DNA from: Enoplolaimus lenunculus
Lineage: Eukaryota
Assembly (NCBI GenBank): GCA_030248215.1
Contig: JASANG010004046.1
Span: 1 to 64,000 of the forward strand
Length of the DNA stretch: 64,000 bases
Direction of reading: 5' to 3'
The notes beneath the pieces were generated by a model. The model ran no database searches and was not told where the DNA came from. It saw nothing but the letters and a program-made list of their open reading frames with translations. This document shows positions 24,198 to 36,857 of this stretch, piece after piece (position 1 is the first letter of the stretch; every line of letters begins with the position of its first letter). The position numbers were made by a program, and so were the translations under genes.

Positions 24198-24612
24198 CAG
24201 GGTGCAACCGGAATTCCGGTTCCGGTTCCGGTTCCGGCATTTTTTCACCTTCCGGTTCCGGTTCCGGTTCCGGTAAATTTTTACCGGATTTAAAAATTCC
24301 GGTATTATAATTTGGCCGTTTTCTTAACTTTGCTAATTTTTAAGAATCTCTTTTGAAAGCCACTTGTACTCCGAATATAAGCCATTGATGGTGGATTTTA
24401 CTTCAGTCGATGATGAAAATCTAAAATACAACAAATAAAATAAATACCTATGTTCGACTAAGGTTATTTCACAAATAATAGAGCAAAAAATACGATTAAA
24501 ATGAAATTTTTGGTGAAATGCATTTTTCATTTTCCGGTTCCGGTTCCGGTTCCGGTAAAATTTTCAAATTCCGGTTCCGGTTCCGGTAAATTGTAATTCC
24601 GGTTGCACCCTG
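24198..24612. mobile_element. hAT-type MITE, (CCGGTT)n family, young copy
   Basis: TIR CAGGGTGCAACCGGAATT / AATTCCGGTTGCACCCTG; perfect 8-bp TSD ATTGGTTG. A near-identical inverted, one-end-truncated copy lies at 41613-~41981. Confidence 0.9.
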
Positions 24613-27600
24613 ATTGGTTGGTATCAAACCGAGAGTGAAAATCTCCAAAATAGAGTCTTTACTTTTTGCTGTTCAGCGTTCACAATGAACCGATATTTGT
24701 TATATTTTTTAATTTTTAAATCAAACTAAAAGTTTGCCGAATTAAAAAGGTTCATTATTGTTTTATTAAGAAACAAAAAATTGACCAAAACCGACAGCTG
24801 CAGTCTTGAGGCTCGATTTTTAAGCGAAACTTCCCATCTTTGACACTTTTAGGGTTGCGCTATACTTTTTGTTTTAATGCCGTCCGTCATTCGTGGGTCA
24901 CTGTGTGGTATCATAGGCGAACTACTCACTTCCGATACCCTATGGTGACGGGTGGCTCCGCACGAGTGACAGCCAGTGACGAACGTCGCCGTACGACAAA
25001 TACAGTACAACTCCAACTACACAATAGTACATATATACTTATATTTTTATAATAGCATGTGTGTATTGTTTTTGATGCGGATTGATATGTAGTGAGGGAA
25101 TAAGTTTATTATGTTGTGATGTAAGCAAATAAGGCCGTTGGGAGTGAAACTGGAACCTTTTTTTATGCTGTATAGTACAGTACGGCGGGACTGAGAAATG
25201 AAATACGCACTCGTATTTTCGCAATTGTTTTTAGTCAATCCATTTTGAATTGTTCTAATTTTGATAGTATGCGTAAAGTCAACGAAACAGTACATATGTG
25301 CATACTCATAGAAAGTTGTCAGGTACCAAGATAAAGATTTATACAATATTTTTGTGTTTTTTGCGCATCCAAAGCTGCTGAAGTGTGAATGATAAGTACA
25401 TGGATGGCTAGAAATCGGTCAAGCATGAAATGCGACCATATTATAAATGGTGAAATATGAGTATTATACGAGGTTGTAATTATTCAATCTTAGAGTAGGT
25501 ATTACAATTTTTTGCTACAATAAAATAAGTTTTCTATTTTTAGAAGCTGTTTGTGTGTCGTTTCTTGTATGGAAATGTTTTTCTATTTTTGTTACGCCGG
25601 GTGTAGCTAGCTAGAGACGTAAATTTAAGTTTGGCTGTGTTGCAGTTTGCAAGTATAATGAGTACTACCACGTGTCGTTAGACGCTTGCCAACCAGATTC
25701 GGGAATGGGCCAGTGGACCATGGGTCCAAATGTTGGTAATTTTAGAGCGTTGTGATGGGTCGTGAACCCGAGGCATGCTCGACTTGACCATCTGCTGGGT
25801 CAGTTTATGTCGTTCAAGCATGTTCTTCGGATTTTGAAAATCGCTTCAGCGCATTTAATGTGCATCGAACCTAATAAAATCACAGCGCAGTTAGTTGGAT
25901 CGTTCCGGAGAGAATACAGGCTTTTAGCTTTTGTTTTAGTATTTGCTTATAGCATGATGAAAACTTTTCGAATTGATCAGATATATATGACGTTTACGTG
26001 TTAACCTCGGTCATGGGTCAATAACCCATGGGTTATGACGGTGGATCATTCGGTCAGTTGTAAACTGGTCACCCATCGTGAGACTCATTTCTATTTCTAT
26101 TTACTATTTTATATCTGTTGAATGTTGCGTTACTCGTAACTCAAAATAACAGTTTATGTCAGTATTTACTTTAGCTAATATTATTCAGCGTCAAAAACTT
26201 AAGCTCCTGGAGTTGCTTGGAAATGAAGTCACAGTAAAATGTGTGGTATTTCTACATGTAAAAAGCAGTTATATGAACAATAATCGGGATCAAATCCCCA
26301 AAAGTGGAACCGAATATCCGGACGATCTCCGGTTAGTAGCTACTAAATTTGCTGAAATTAATCAAAATATTTGAACGCGCATTATCTCGAACTGTACTGG
26401 GACAATTTAACGTGATATACTCATCAACATTCGTAATTAATACCTCTCGATTCCATTTTGCTGGAATCTATATATATACGTATTTGTACTTTGTAGCAGA
26501 ATTTATCGTGATCCATACTGAATTTTGCTATAAATACTATAATTAATTTCTAAATTTGGTATTTATATAATGAACATAAGAAACTTTTTTGACAAACAAT
26601 GTTTCTTAGGGTCATTTTTTCGGTTTTTAGCCTGTTCATTTTTTCGTGACAAACCTACCAAAATGTCCCATAAAAATTGAACGCGGTTATAAATCTCGAC
26701 TGATTATTGCAACGTGCAAATCTATGGCACCAACATAAAGAGCTATCGAATTTGCTTTATAAAAGTTACTAAACTGTACATTCTAGGCTAGATATAACCT
26801 TTTTATCCTGCCAAAAAATGGCGCTCGGCAAATTTGCAAACATGTGATTTTTTGAAAATGCAGTTGTTTCAAATTTTTGGTATATTGGAGTTGGTACGAA
26901 ATGTATTTATAGCATCTTCTAGTAGTATTTTTAACGGGTTTTTCAACGGTACCAAATTTTGTAAGATCCCGTTATTGTGAAGGCCGTCAAGGCTCTGTTC
27001 AGTATTTTGTGGACATTTGCAAATGTTCAATTTTTACACGACATTTCTATATTTCCCGATGCGATTGGATATCAAAAAATTACGGAGCCCAGAGCAATAT
27101 TCAACCGGAGCCGGACATTAAGTGCATATTTCAGTAAAAAGCAACCGCGCTGGTTTAGCAATCATTTGCAGTAAATTGTTATTCGCATGGTGCGACCAGA
27201 ATCTTGATTCTGATAAAGTATTTTTCGCTCGTAATCTCTAGCCTTACTTTTGCCAATTCATGTTGGCGCTGCAATTTATTCTATCGTGTTCCAGTGACAT
27301 TTAGAACAGCGCAAGCAAAAGGCGCTAAATATATAATTGAGTTTGCAAAAAAGCGCTAGGTATATTCTACGTTTCTTTGACGTCTATGTCAAAATATATT
27401 TGCGGTTTTAGCTTTTACTGCAACTCCTTTCTGCGCACTGGTAGATGCAACAGGGGATGTTCGGACCTAAGCTCCTCCAATAGGCATTCAAACTTTGGTG
27501 TTAAAATTTAGCACTAAAATTGCACTAGGCTTTTCGTGCGCTTCGCCTGCTAACTTTTATCACTATTATAAATCGTGCGCGCCCCCCAGCAAGGATTTCA

Positions 27601-28669
27601 GCTTTTGTCAGTGACTCTGCAGTCTGCACACGCTTGTGAAACGAAACGCGCCGATTTGGTATTTTGATTTTTAGATTTGAAATGAAATTGAACTGTCGGG
27701 GTGTCCGCATGTTTCGTAGGCAGCATCGGCGGTTCTAAAAATCGAACTGCTGTCTCTCTCATTCAGTGTTAAAAAGTATTTTAAATTTGTTCGCACTCGC
27801 GCGCGTGTGTGTATGACGCCTGGTTCAAGCGTTTTTTCGTGTTGTTCGTGTGCGTTGAATAAATTTTTTAGCGTAGCGCGCGAAGCAAGCCACTTCATAG
27901 TTGTGGCGTGGCGCGTTTTGAATAATTTGATTGGATCGCGATGGTTGTGTGTTATATCTTGTTGTAGATGTTGGCGATCTCGCTGGTGGCATTTGTGATG
28001 TCTTTGTTGGTGATGTTGATGGTTGGTGTTTTTATGCAGGGTTGCTTTTGGGAGGTATTAGTACTGCTGTTGACGGTATTTTTATTGACTGACTGTCGGG
28101 ATATATATTATATATTAGGGATTGACTGCAACCGGTCCGGATAGTTTATGTTACCGAAACCAGATGTTAACCGGATATAGCATCGTAATTTGTGCGCTGT
28201 TGGTTGATTATTGTTGGATATGCAACTGATTGAACAGTATATTCTTAGCTTGGTTTTTAATTTCGCTTCATTATGAAAAAATTAAGCTTCTTGATTTGCC
28301 CGAAATGCAATCGCAGCAAAATGTGTACGCAGTATTTCCACATGTAAAAACAGTTTTATGACATTTAGAACCACAACCGTAAATATCCGGTGTCAGCAGG
28401 TTTACACCGGATGCCGATGTCAGTTTTTTGCGGATTTAAACCGGTTGCATCGAGTGCGAGTCCGGATTTTAAGATAGACGATACAAGCATTTTATCTTCT
28501 AACTCATTTGCCAAAGCGTTTTCTTGCGCGTATGTCTGACTATCGGTAAAAATTTAGAATGACGGTAGTCGCAGGTTTCACCTCACCAAATGAAATACTA
28601 CATTTCTTTTTTCGGTAAGAACAGCAAAAGTATTAGTTACATAATAATAATAATAATAATAATTGGTGC

Positions 28670-28875
28670 ATGAATGTTGTGAACCAAAATTCAAATATAT
28701 TTAATTGTGGATCATTTGGTCAGCCTGGCACGAAGGTAGCCTTATTTTCAGCGAGGACAGCCCCTGGCGGTTCGGGTAGTAATGTGCCGTTGCAAGGACG
28801 GGTGAGCAACACTGAAAGTGTTGCGCCGTTGTTCAACTTCGCCGCTTTTAGCGATTATTACTCGCAGCCGTTTGT
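28670..28875 (+). CDS. TSC22D: Alternative first coding exon of the TSC22D-like gene (short isoform about 260 aa)
   Basis: ATG ORF MNVVNQ...SDYYSQPF ending in a strong donor GT|GTAAGT, phase 2, in frame with exon 30324. Confidence 0.72.
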
Positions 28876-29194
28876 GTAAGTTAAACCAAGGGTCGATGTT
28901 TGATGTATGGAACCAAATTTGGTGTTAGTCTCTCATTTAAGCCGGAATTAATTTGACCGGATACCATAGCTAGATAGTAAATTTTGGTGCCGTGTTGGCA
29001 GTCGTTAAATCGCGTAAACGTATATGCTGGCTGAAATAAACTTAATTGTTACCTTGATTCAGCAATTTTGCTTCAGTGTGAAAATAGCTTCTCGACTTAA
29101 CCACGAATGCCAGCCATCGCCACAAAATATTTAATAGGTCCGCGTGTAAAAACAGTTTTAATATATTGGGGTCCCAAACAAGTTTATACGTCAT

Positions 29195-29470
29195 ACCGAC
29201 GGCGGATACTGATGTCTGATACCGAAAATTCTGTGTCTTAGACCGTGAATGCCAAAAATTGAGCCTACTGCACGTAACCTTTAGGATTGTACAGCATACC
29301 AAAGCCGGATACTGTTGTCTGATACCGAAAATTTCGGGTCGTTTAGACCATGGATGTGCAAAAAATGGTGGCTATAGCACGTAACCTCTAGGTTTGTACT
29401 GAATACCGAAGCGGGATAGTGATGTCTAATACCGAAAATTCCATGTCGTTTAGACCGTGGATGCACAAAA
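29195..29470. repeat. ~120-bp tandem repeat (about 2.5 units)
   Basis: Recurring TGTCT(G/A)ATACCGAAAATT...TTAGACC(G/A)TG...GCACGTAACC. Confidence 0.7.
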
Positions 29471-30323
29471 AATTCTGCCAGTGCACCAGGGTGCAAAGCG
29501 AAACAGGATTATACCAGAATCGGAATAGGAATCGGAACAAAAAATTTATACCGGAATCGCAATCGGAACTACAACATTTGTGATTATGCGGATAATTTGT
29601 ATTAAAAAGTATAATATTGATTTAGGGTGTCTGTTCGTAGGTGACTTGTGGTTTTTTTTGCTATATTTGAAGTTGTACTGTGAATTTGTGTGTGTGCTGA
29701 ATTAGTTCAGCCCAATTACTGAAGTGGTCTCTGATTAGCGCGTGCATTTTTAAACGTGTTATGTCGTTGCCTAACATTGTTAATTGACGAACAATGCGTA
29801 TTGTAATATGGTAAAGAACTTTAAGTCAGCCATGTGCTCCGGTTAGCTTGCTTGAAAGTTGCCCGTATCTAGTGGTTGAGGATATGGGCACAGGCGGATT
29901 TGAACGCGTTTGACCGTTGTCCAGAAATAAGAAACGTATATACGAATGTTTATTATTAAGTTAAAAACATCGAAATTCTGCTCGCAGTATAGAGCAGGCT
30001 TGCATGGTACTGCTACGTAGATTAGAAAATATAGCCCTTTCTGTTTGTTAAGGCAGTGTAGTTAATACCTCAAAGACATTATTAAAATTGTCATGTTTTG
30101 ATGCGATTTCTACCGTTTCAACGAAATTTTCTATTCTTTATAATTCAAACGATTTGCAGTTGCATAGGTGTTGTATTTCCACAAATTTGCGTATATTTCT
30201 CAAAAACTAAGCAACACTTTCGGTTCCGCATTTTTATAAAACAAATTTTTGGATCCACCACTGTGTGAGTGTGTTTTTAAACCGATATTTACGTTCATGG
30301 TGGAAGTTTTTTTATTGTTTTAG

Positions 30324-30375
30324 CCCAACTGGTACAAGTGTGATTGCAATCGATAACAAAATAGAGCAAGCCATG
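30324..30375 (+). CDS. TSC22D: TSC22D-like shared exon: TSC box N-part (PTGTSVIAIDNKIEQAM)
   Basis: TTTTAG| acceptor, ATG|GTAAGA donor; IAIDNKIEQAM is the hallmark TSC-box sequence. Confidence 0.97.
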
Positions 30376-30701
30376 GTAAGATAGTAGTTGCAGAGTAAAT
30401 CGGATATTTTATCTGTTTCTTAAAGGTCGTTTTTTGAATTTTGGACGAAGCGTTAGATTGACGCTATACTTTCTGATTGATTTTAATGCTGAGCGGCTGT
30501 TTAAGTACTGCATGATTTTTTCGAGCATCAGCGTTGTTTGTAATTTTATCTTTTGGCAAAGTGAACTCTGCTGAGAAATATTTAATTCAACGAAAAACAC
30601 TTGTTTCGCAAAGCGTCGTTGTGTCACGTTTAATTACCTCTTTTGACACAACGAAGTTTGTTCTCAAAAAATTATTTATTCAGAAACGTTTCGTTTTGCA
30701 G

Positions 30702-31226
30702 GATTTGGTAAAAAATCATTTAATGTACGCCGTACGCGAAGAAGTGGTCGTTCTGAAAAACAAAATTGTTTCACTAGAAAAGAAGTTGCATCGTCTCGAA
30801 TGGGAAAACAGTATTTTGCGTGAGTCGGCAAGTGTTGATGTACTTAATCAAATCAGTGCAGCGTTTGCTGGCGCAACAACAGTCGATGCAAGTACGCCAC
30901 CAACGGCAACAACAGCAACAATTACAACAACTGAAAATGTACGGCCGGCAAGCGGTGCAGCAGCGCAGTTGCATGCGATCCCGAGCGGTGGAAACGTATC
31001 TAGCGATCAAGGAGGTTCTTTAGCTGCACTTTCGACTCTGAATCAGCAAGTTTCGGGCGTTGGATCTATGGTAGATGGACATGGGGTTCCTACCGGTAAT
31101 CGTGAGCTGTCTGTTAGTCAAGTTGAGCAACAGCAAGCAGCACAGGTTTCTGCAAGTAGAGGTACAAGAGATATGGCCGGGACAGGACCAGAGTCTGCAG
31201 GGGGTCCACAGAACACAACGGGATAG
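30702..31226 (+). CDS. TSC22D: TSC22D-like terminal exon: TSC box C-part and leucine zipper
   Basis: TTTTGCAG| then DLVKNHLMYAVREEVVVLKNKIVSLEKKLHRLEWENSILR with heptad leucines; stop TAG at 31224-31226. Confidence 0.97.
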   Translation, partial: DLVKNHLMYAVREEVVVLKNKIVSLEKKLHRLEWENSILRESASVDVLNQISAAFAGATTVDASTPPTATTATITTTENVRPASGAAAQLHAIPSGGNVSSDQGGSLAALSTLNQQVSGVGSMVDGHGVPTGNRELSVSQVEQQQAAQVSASRGTRDMAGTGPESAGGPQNTTG

Positions 31227-31906
31227 TGGCTATATGCATTCATTCGCCATTCGATATGGCATTCCATAAAGTTTGACTGTGTACGATTTTGTTTTTATTT
31301 AATTTATCTCTCTACGCTTGGATAAGCCAAACTTTCAACTCGCCATGTCACGAAACTGAGGCCTGCTGTCACTTCTGGACGTTCACGCCTCACAGTCCGC
31401 ACACTGTCTCTCTGAATGTTTTTTATTTTTCAATTTTATTTTAAGACTTAAAATTACATTTTAAAACAAATCCAACCAATTGGTGTGTGGCGTTTGCAAA
31501 GCATCGACCGAGAATTGCTAACTACGCGAAGCGTTACTGTTGTTGTTGTTGTTGTTTGAAGAATCGCACGACGGAATTTAAAATTTGTACAGGGTATAAT
31601 GCGAAGCGGCTGTGGAAAAGGAAATGACCGCATATTGGTTTACAGGGTGTCTGAAAGGCAGTAAAATGACGGTTAGTGTGTGTGTCCTGCTTCGCGCTAA
31701 ATGTATGCTTTAACTTCTGTACGACTGAGAGCTTGTGTATTCTTCGATTTCATTCACTAAGAATTGCTGCAGTAGTAAAAAATAAACAGCTGAAACTGAA
31801 ACGAATATGCTAAATGTACGTTGGATCTGATTTAACACTGCTGACGGTCAGTGGTTGAACTATGCTAATTAATGGCGAAGTTTTGAGGGCGGAAAGGTTT
31901 AGGCTA

Positions 31907-32867
31907 CTGTAGTGACCCGATTAAGGGAGGTAAACGGATATGTATTCCGCCTCTACAGAGGGTACCTCCCTCGCTGTTGTGTTCCAGGCTGATATTTATT
32001 TTTCAACCGAGCTCCAGTTGTTTGGACAACTCACGTTTAACTTATGCCAGCCAGTTTTAAGGCTTAATCTGTTTATTTTTGGAATATGATTTAAAGACTT
32101 GAGTACGATGCTATAAATATATTTAGCAGGGTTCCAACCGGAACTCGATTTTGTCGGAAGCGGAATCGGAATCAAATTTTTCTGTCGGAATCCGAACCAA
32201 CTTTTAGCAATTCTATTAAAAACTTAAAGGTGTATGACTTTTAACTTTTGTTGCAGTGAAGCGGAATCGGAATCAAATTTTTCTGTCGGAATCCGAACCA
32301 ACTTTTAGCAATTCTATTAAAAACTTAAAGGTGTATGACTTTTAACTTTTGTTGCAGTATGCCTGTTTCCGTTTTACTGTTCACAATTTCAGCAAAAATT
32401 GTTCATATAGCTGACGGAATGCACGTAACAACTCGGAATATTTACTAAAAAAACCAACAGAATAATTGCAAATGAACGAAACAAAACAAAACAGGCAAAA
32501 TCTAAGTTCAATCGTCTTAAAAACTCATAATCGAAAAATCAGAATTCTGGCATCGGAACAGCAGTCAGCTGGAATCGAAATCGGAAGTCAGATTTTGCTG
32601 CAATTTTAGCGGGAATCGGAATTCAGATGGAGCCCTGATATTTAGCATTATACTTTAAATAATGGATAAATTCTGTACTAAACTTAATGTGGTCTAGAAA
32701 GCATTTACGCTATCTAAGTAGTTTAATTAATTGATGTTTATAGATTAATTAGTATTGGGCTTGATCCACTTACGGGCTCGAATTAGGCAAAACACATCTG
32801 TTGATTCAGATTCACAACAGGGTCCTCAAACTCTTATTACCACCCGCCTCCTAACTGGTCATTATAG
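31907..32867. mobile_element. TA-TSD MITE (CTGTAGTGACCCG family) interrupted by a hAT-type MITE
   Basis: TA|CTGTAGTGACCCGATTAAG...GGTCATTATAG|TA; homologous to the copies at 20432 and 43500. Confidence 0.6.
32127..32637. mobile_element. hAT-type MITE with an internal perfect 101-bp tandem duplication
   Basis: CAGGGTTCCA...TGGAGCCCTG; perfect TSD ATATTTAG; 32157-32257 equals 32258-32358. Confidence 0.85.
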
Positions 32868-34154
32868 TAGACCTTGGTCAGCGAAAGTGGATAACTGCTT
32901 TGTAACATTTGATTGGGCAGTTAAAGGTTTTTAGTTTTCGGCGAAGTAAGTTTAAATCTGATATTTTAAGCAGGAGAATTGTGGCGTCATGCTATTTGGG
33001 CCGTTTCTGGTGTACGGTCACGGAGTTGATTGTAAGTGAATGTTCCCGATAGTGCTTTATGGTAAATGTGTTGTGTACTACGATGGCAAATGATTAAGTA
33101 GTACTTGAACCTGTGTTTGTGATTGATTTTTATGGCGAACGTGTGGAAATTGAAAGCTCATAGCGATATAATAAAAAGTGACCTATTTAAAGAAAATGGT
33201 GTGCTGAGTTTAATGGTGTCATCTTAGGTCTGCAGGTCCTCTGATTCAAAAGTTATGATCTATTGAATTTTTAGTACAGCAGTATGGCTCACTCGGTTAG
33301 AGCTCTGCTTACCAATATGTATGTGTGTACGGATATACTTCATTTTTAGTTTATCATTTTACCTGTTTATTTTTACCGTGGTTGATTGGCAAATTAACAT
33401 TTACCCATTTGAAGCAATTTAATAATGGCGTTCGTTTACGGAAATGGCTTCGGATATTCGGCAATTCTTGCCGGATATTTAGCCGGATATCCCGATATCT
33501 AGATGTACGAAATTAAACTGTCTATTTCGAATATCCGAAACTCGATTTTGGGTTTTTTAGTTTCCAAACCTCAATTTAAGCATCTGTTTTACCTTGTTGT
33601 GTAAGGGAAGTACCCTAACCCACAAACTGATTATTACGAGCGTGAAACATTCAATTATTAAAATAGTTATTTATTATGCAACTTCTTCAGTGCTGGGTAT
33701 TCGGTTTAGAAGATTACTACTGAGTAATAAATACTTGCGATGGCCACCTGAAATTGAGTTGGTTTGGTTTGTCGTCGTCTGATTTAAACCACTGCAACAG
33801 CGATTCCATCGAATGTCCCGCTTCAGTTGAACTATATGTTCATGAGTCGATTTATGTTCCAAGAAAAAAGAACCACATTGAAATATATACTTACGCTAAG
33901 TCGTACAAACATCAGTCCATGTCACTTTTAGTGGTGCCCTTTCTGACGGGAGCGGGTTATGCAATTTTTCACCAAAAAATTTTCTGAGGGCGAAAATTTG
34001 TAAGGTTTGTGGGACCTTACTATTTTATCACAAAAAATTTCTGATGTCCTTCACCCGCCTCCTCTGGATCCGCTAATGTCCGCTTTCTCGCTAGACTTCA
34101 ATAGAGTAGGCTTAGATTTAGACTAATTTCTTGCTTGGACTCAGGGTTAAGTTT

Positions 34155-34380
34155 TGTTTTAGACTTACGCTGAGGAGGCTTGAAACTTAGGAATACGTTT
34201 TGGTTGTTACATTCCGAAAAGTAATATTGTCCAAATCGTCAGGACCCGCTCTAATCTTAATATATCTGTTTTAGACTTACGCTGAAAAGGCTTTAAACTT
34301 AGGAATATGTTTTGGTTGTTACATTCCTAAAAGTAATATTGGCCCAAATCGTCAGGACCCGCTCTAATCTTAATATATCG
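34155..34380. repeat. ~111-bp tandem duplication
   Basis: TGTTTTAGACTTACGCTGA...GTCAGGACCCGCTCTAATCTTAATATATC occurs twice. Confidence 0.75.
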
Positions 34381-34718
34381 CAAACATATAATGCCGATGT
34401 GGCTCCTCATATTAACCTCATCTGATGATTTCAATTAAAATGTAATTTTTTAAGGCTAAATTATATACTTACGGAACCAAAAATGTATATTCAACAGTTT
34501 AGAAATGTTTATTTTTTCATGCATATTACTGTGTGAAAGCGACTAGCAGTGTTGAATTGCGTCATTTTTGCGTTGGATGACAGGTTCAGCGCTCCTAATT
34601 TACTATTTTTTGCCATGTTGAAATTCATGTGCTTTGCGGTACGGTGCCGTGCAGTGGCGGACGGCGCCGGACGTCCCCGAAAGTGGTGACTGGTTTAGCG
34701 CACCTAATTTATTATTAA

Positions 34719-34981
34719 CCCCTTCTCACATTGAGTTGCCTATACGCAACTCAGCGCAGTGTATATACGCTAAATAATATATATCGCACCGTATTTAACA
34801 ATTGCAACACGTATACATAGTACTAAATCACCACAAGACGTGAGAGCCCCCTCGGGCTCGAGTGTCAAGCTCCTATAGCTGAGTGGTGATGGTATACGCA
34901 TCCCACTCCAGTCACTGGAGTTCGAATCCTAGCATAAAAGTGTGTCTCAGGGGAAATAGAAAATATTCATGTGAGAAAGGG
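34719..34981 (+). mobile_element. piggyBac-type (TTAA) MITE with tRNA-like cassette, second full copy
   Basis: TTAA|CCCCTTCTCACAT...ATGTGAGAAAGGG|TTAA, 263 bp, inverted relative to 20791. A box TAGCTGAGTGG at ~34876 and B box GTTCGAATCC at 34920-34929. Confidence 0.87.
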
Positions 34982-36701
34982 TTAATTTTTCATTTACTTT
35001 TGCTTAAAAATAAAAACCAAGAGTATTAAGAAGCTCTTCTTCCTGCAAACGAATAAAACTGTATATTGTGTAAACGAAACAACAACTATAAGGTAACATA
35101 TGCATGCTAACAGTTAGCACATAAATTTTTTAAGCCATGGAAAAAAGTTGATGTCATGTAGAAATTCATGTGCTTTGCGGTAGAGTATCATACGGTGACG
35201 AACGGCGCCAGACATTATCAAAAGTATATCGCCATCCTAAGTATATCTATAATTTACCTCAAACTCAAACGTCGAAGCTTTGGTACACTAAATTACTTTT
35301 CATGCACAAGGTCCAACGCAGGACCGAGCTTATGACAGTATCCCACAGGATATAAGAAAAGATAGGTTTGCAGTAACACATTGAATTATAAAAACTTTTC
35401 TGGCAGTAACTATGATTGGAATGCGACCAAAGGAAAGGGACCAAAATCAAACTGCTCTAAATTTACAAAATCTACCCACAAAAATCGTCAAGGATTTAGT
35501 TAATATTCTGACTGAGGCTTCAATACTGAATTTTTTCGTCACTTCCAGCTACTTTAATGGTGAAACACTGTAAATTATACCAAAAAAAATTTTTATACAA
35601 TAGCATTTCAGATATCCGGATATTTTTCAGATCCGGATATCTGGTGCACACTATGGTGTATACACAACATATACGCAACTGCACTAAAAATTTAGTCGCC
35701 GGTAACTTTCTAATCAGGGTGCCTGCCGTTCTAACATTAGACAATTGAACTCAGCACGTCATTAGAAAAAGCCGCTTTTTATTAAACTCATAAGGGCTTC
35801 TTCAGATTCTGTACCTTGTCTACTTTTATTTAGCTTCCGTGATTGCACTATTTGCTTATAATATTTAGCGTATTTGCTTTTAACTATTATATACATTGGT
35901 GTCATGGTTATATACGCAGAGATGTCATGGGGGTGGGATCTCCATGGGATGTGGGATGGTGGATCAGTTCAAAATTGGCGGGGTTTCCACACCGCCCCGG
36001 GGTTAAAAAAATTTAACATACGTACTATGGAATAGACAGTTCTACATATCGGTAATTGTCAACGGTAATCTCCGTGTATTATCAAGGTCACTTAGGTTCG
36101 CTGACAGACACAATATACTACCTTACAATGCAAGTTGAAGAGTTTACCGAACATTCTCAAGGGCCTGCAAAAGCACAAGATTCGGGCGGTAAATGCTTTT
36201 AGAAAGCTGCCGCGTACACGGACCTCACCATTTTAATTCAATGCTATATTTTTCAGTTCCACTACGGACATTTTTCTTCAAATTTTGATAAAACTGTTCA
36301 CAAAATCAAAGATTTCGAAAACTTTCGCGCTTTGCGCGAACGCAGAGTATGCAAACTAAAGAAATCGGCTTGTATTTTGTTCAGTACTCTGGCTGTTATG
36401 TTTTAACCACTCGGATCCTCACATTGCAACATGGGGTTACGCACGCCCCTGATCGCTGAAATTCGGCCGATGCCCCATATAAGGCGGTGCTAGTTTTTAT
36501 CTGCAAGATCACAACATTCCTTGATGCCCTTCCAGCGATTTCTAACAAGGCTTGCGGTTTCAATTTGCAGCTGCAAGCTTTTTTGCACAAACTTGCACGA
36601 TTGCATGTGGCTTTAGCCTGTCTTCAAGGTATTAAGGCACAATCAAAAAATGGCAAATACCAATTAACAATATTAGGCGTCATTATCATTGGTCACAAGT
36701 T

Positions 36702-36849
36702 GGCCCATGTAGAGATCAGGGTGGGGAACGTTTTTCTGTGAGACTGCAATTGAGTAAGCTTAAACATTAGACTAATTTTTTGGTTTGCTTATGCTTAGGC
36801 TTAGGAATATGGTTATAATACTGTTCCGCCCCTGTTCTTTACATTTGCC
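36702..36849. mobile_element. Short MITE with GG termini, 8-bp TSD and TTAGGC hexamers
   Basis: GGCCCATGTAGAGA...TCTTTACATTTGCC; TSD CACAAGTT on both sides; second copy at 38238-38384. Confidence 0.65.
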
Positions 36850-36857
36850 CACAAGTT

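Noticed and set aside
24051..24276. ORFs with RFRFRF/RNRNRN repeats (also 11104-11365, 21094-21276)
   Set aside because: Translations of MITE hexamer arrays.
27968..28145. Hydrophobic membrane-like short ORF
   Set aside because: Explained by G/T-skewed composition; no splice or homology support.
30534..30701. N-terminal part of the 230-aa ORF
   Set aside because: Intronic; the real exon begins at the acceptor before 30702.
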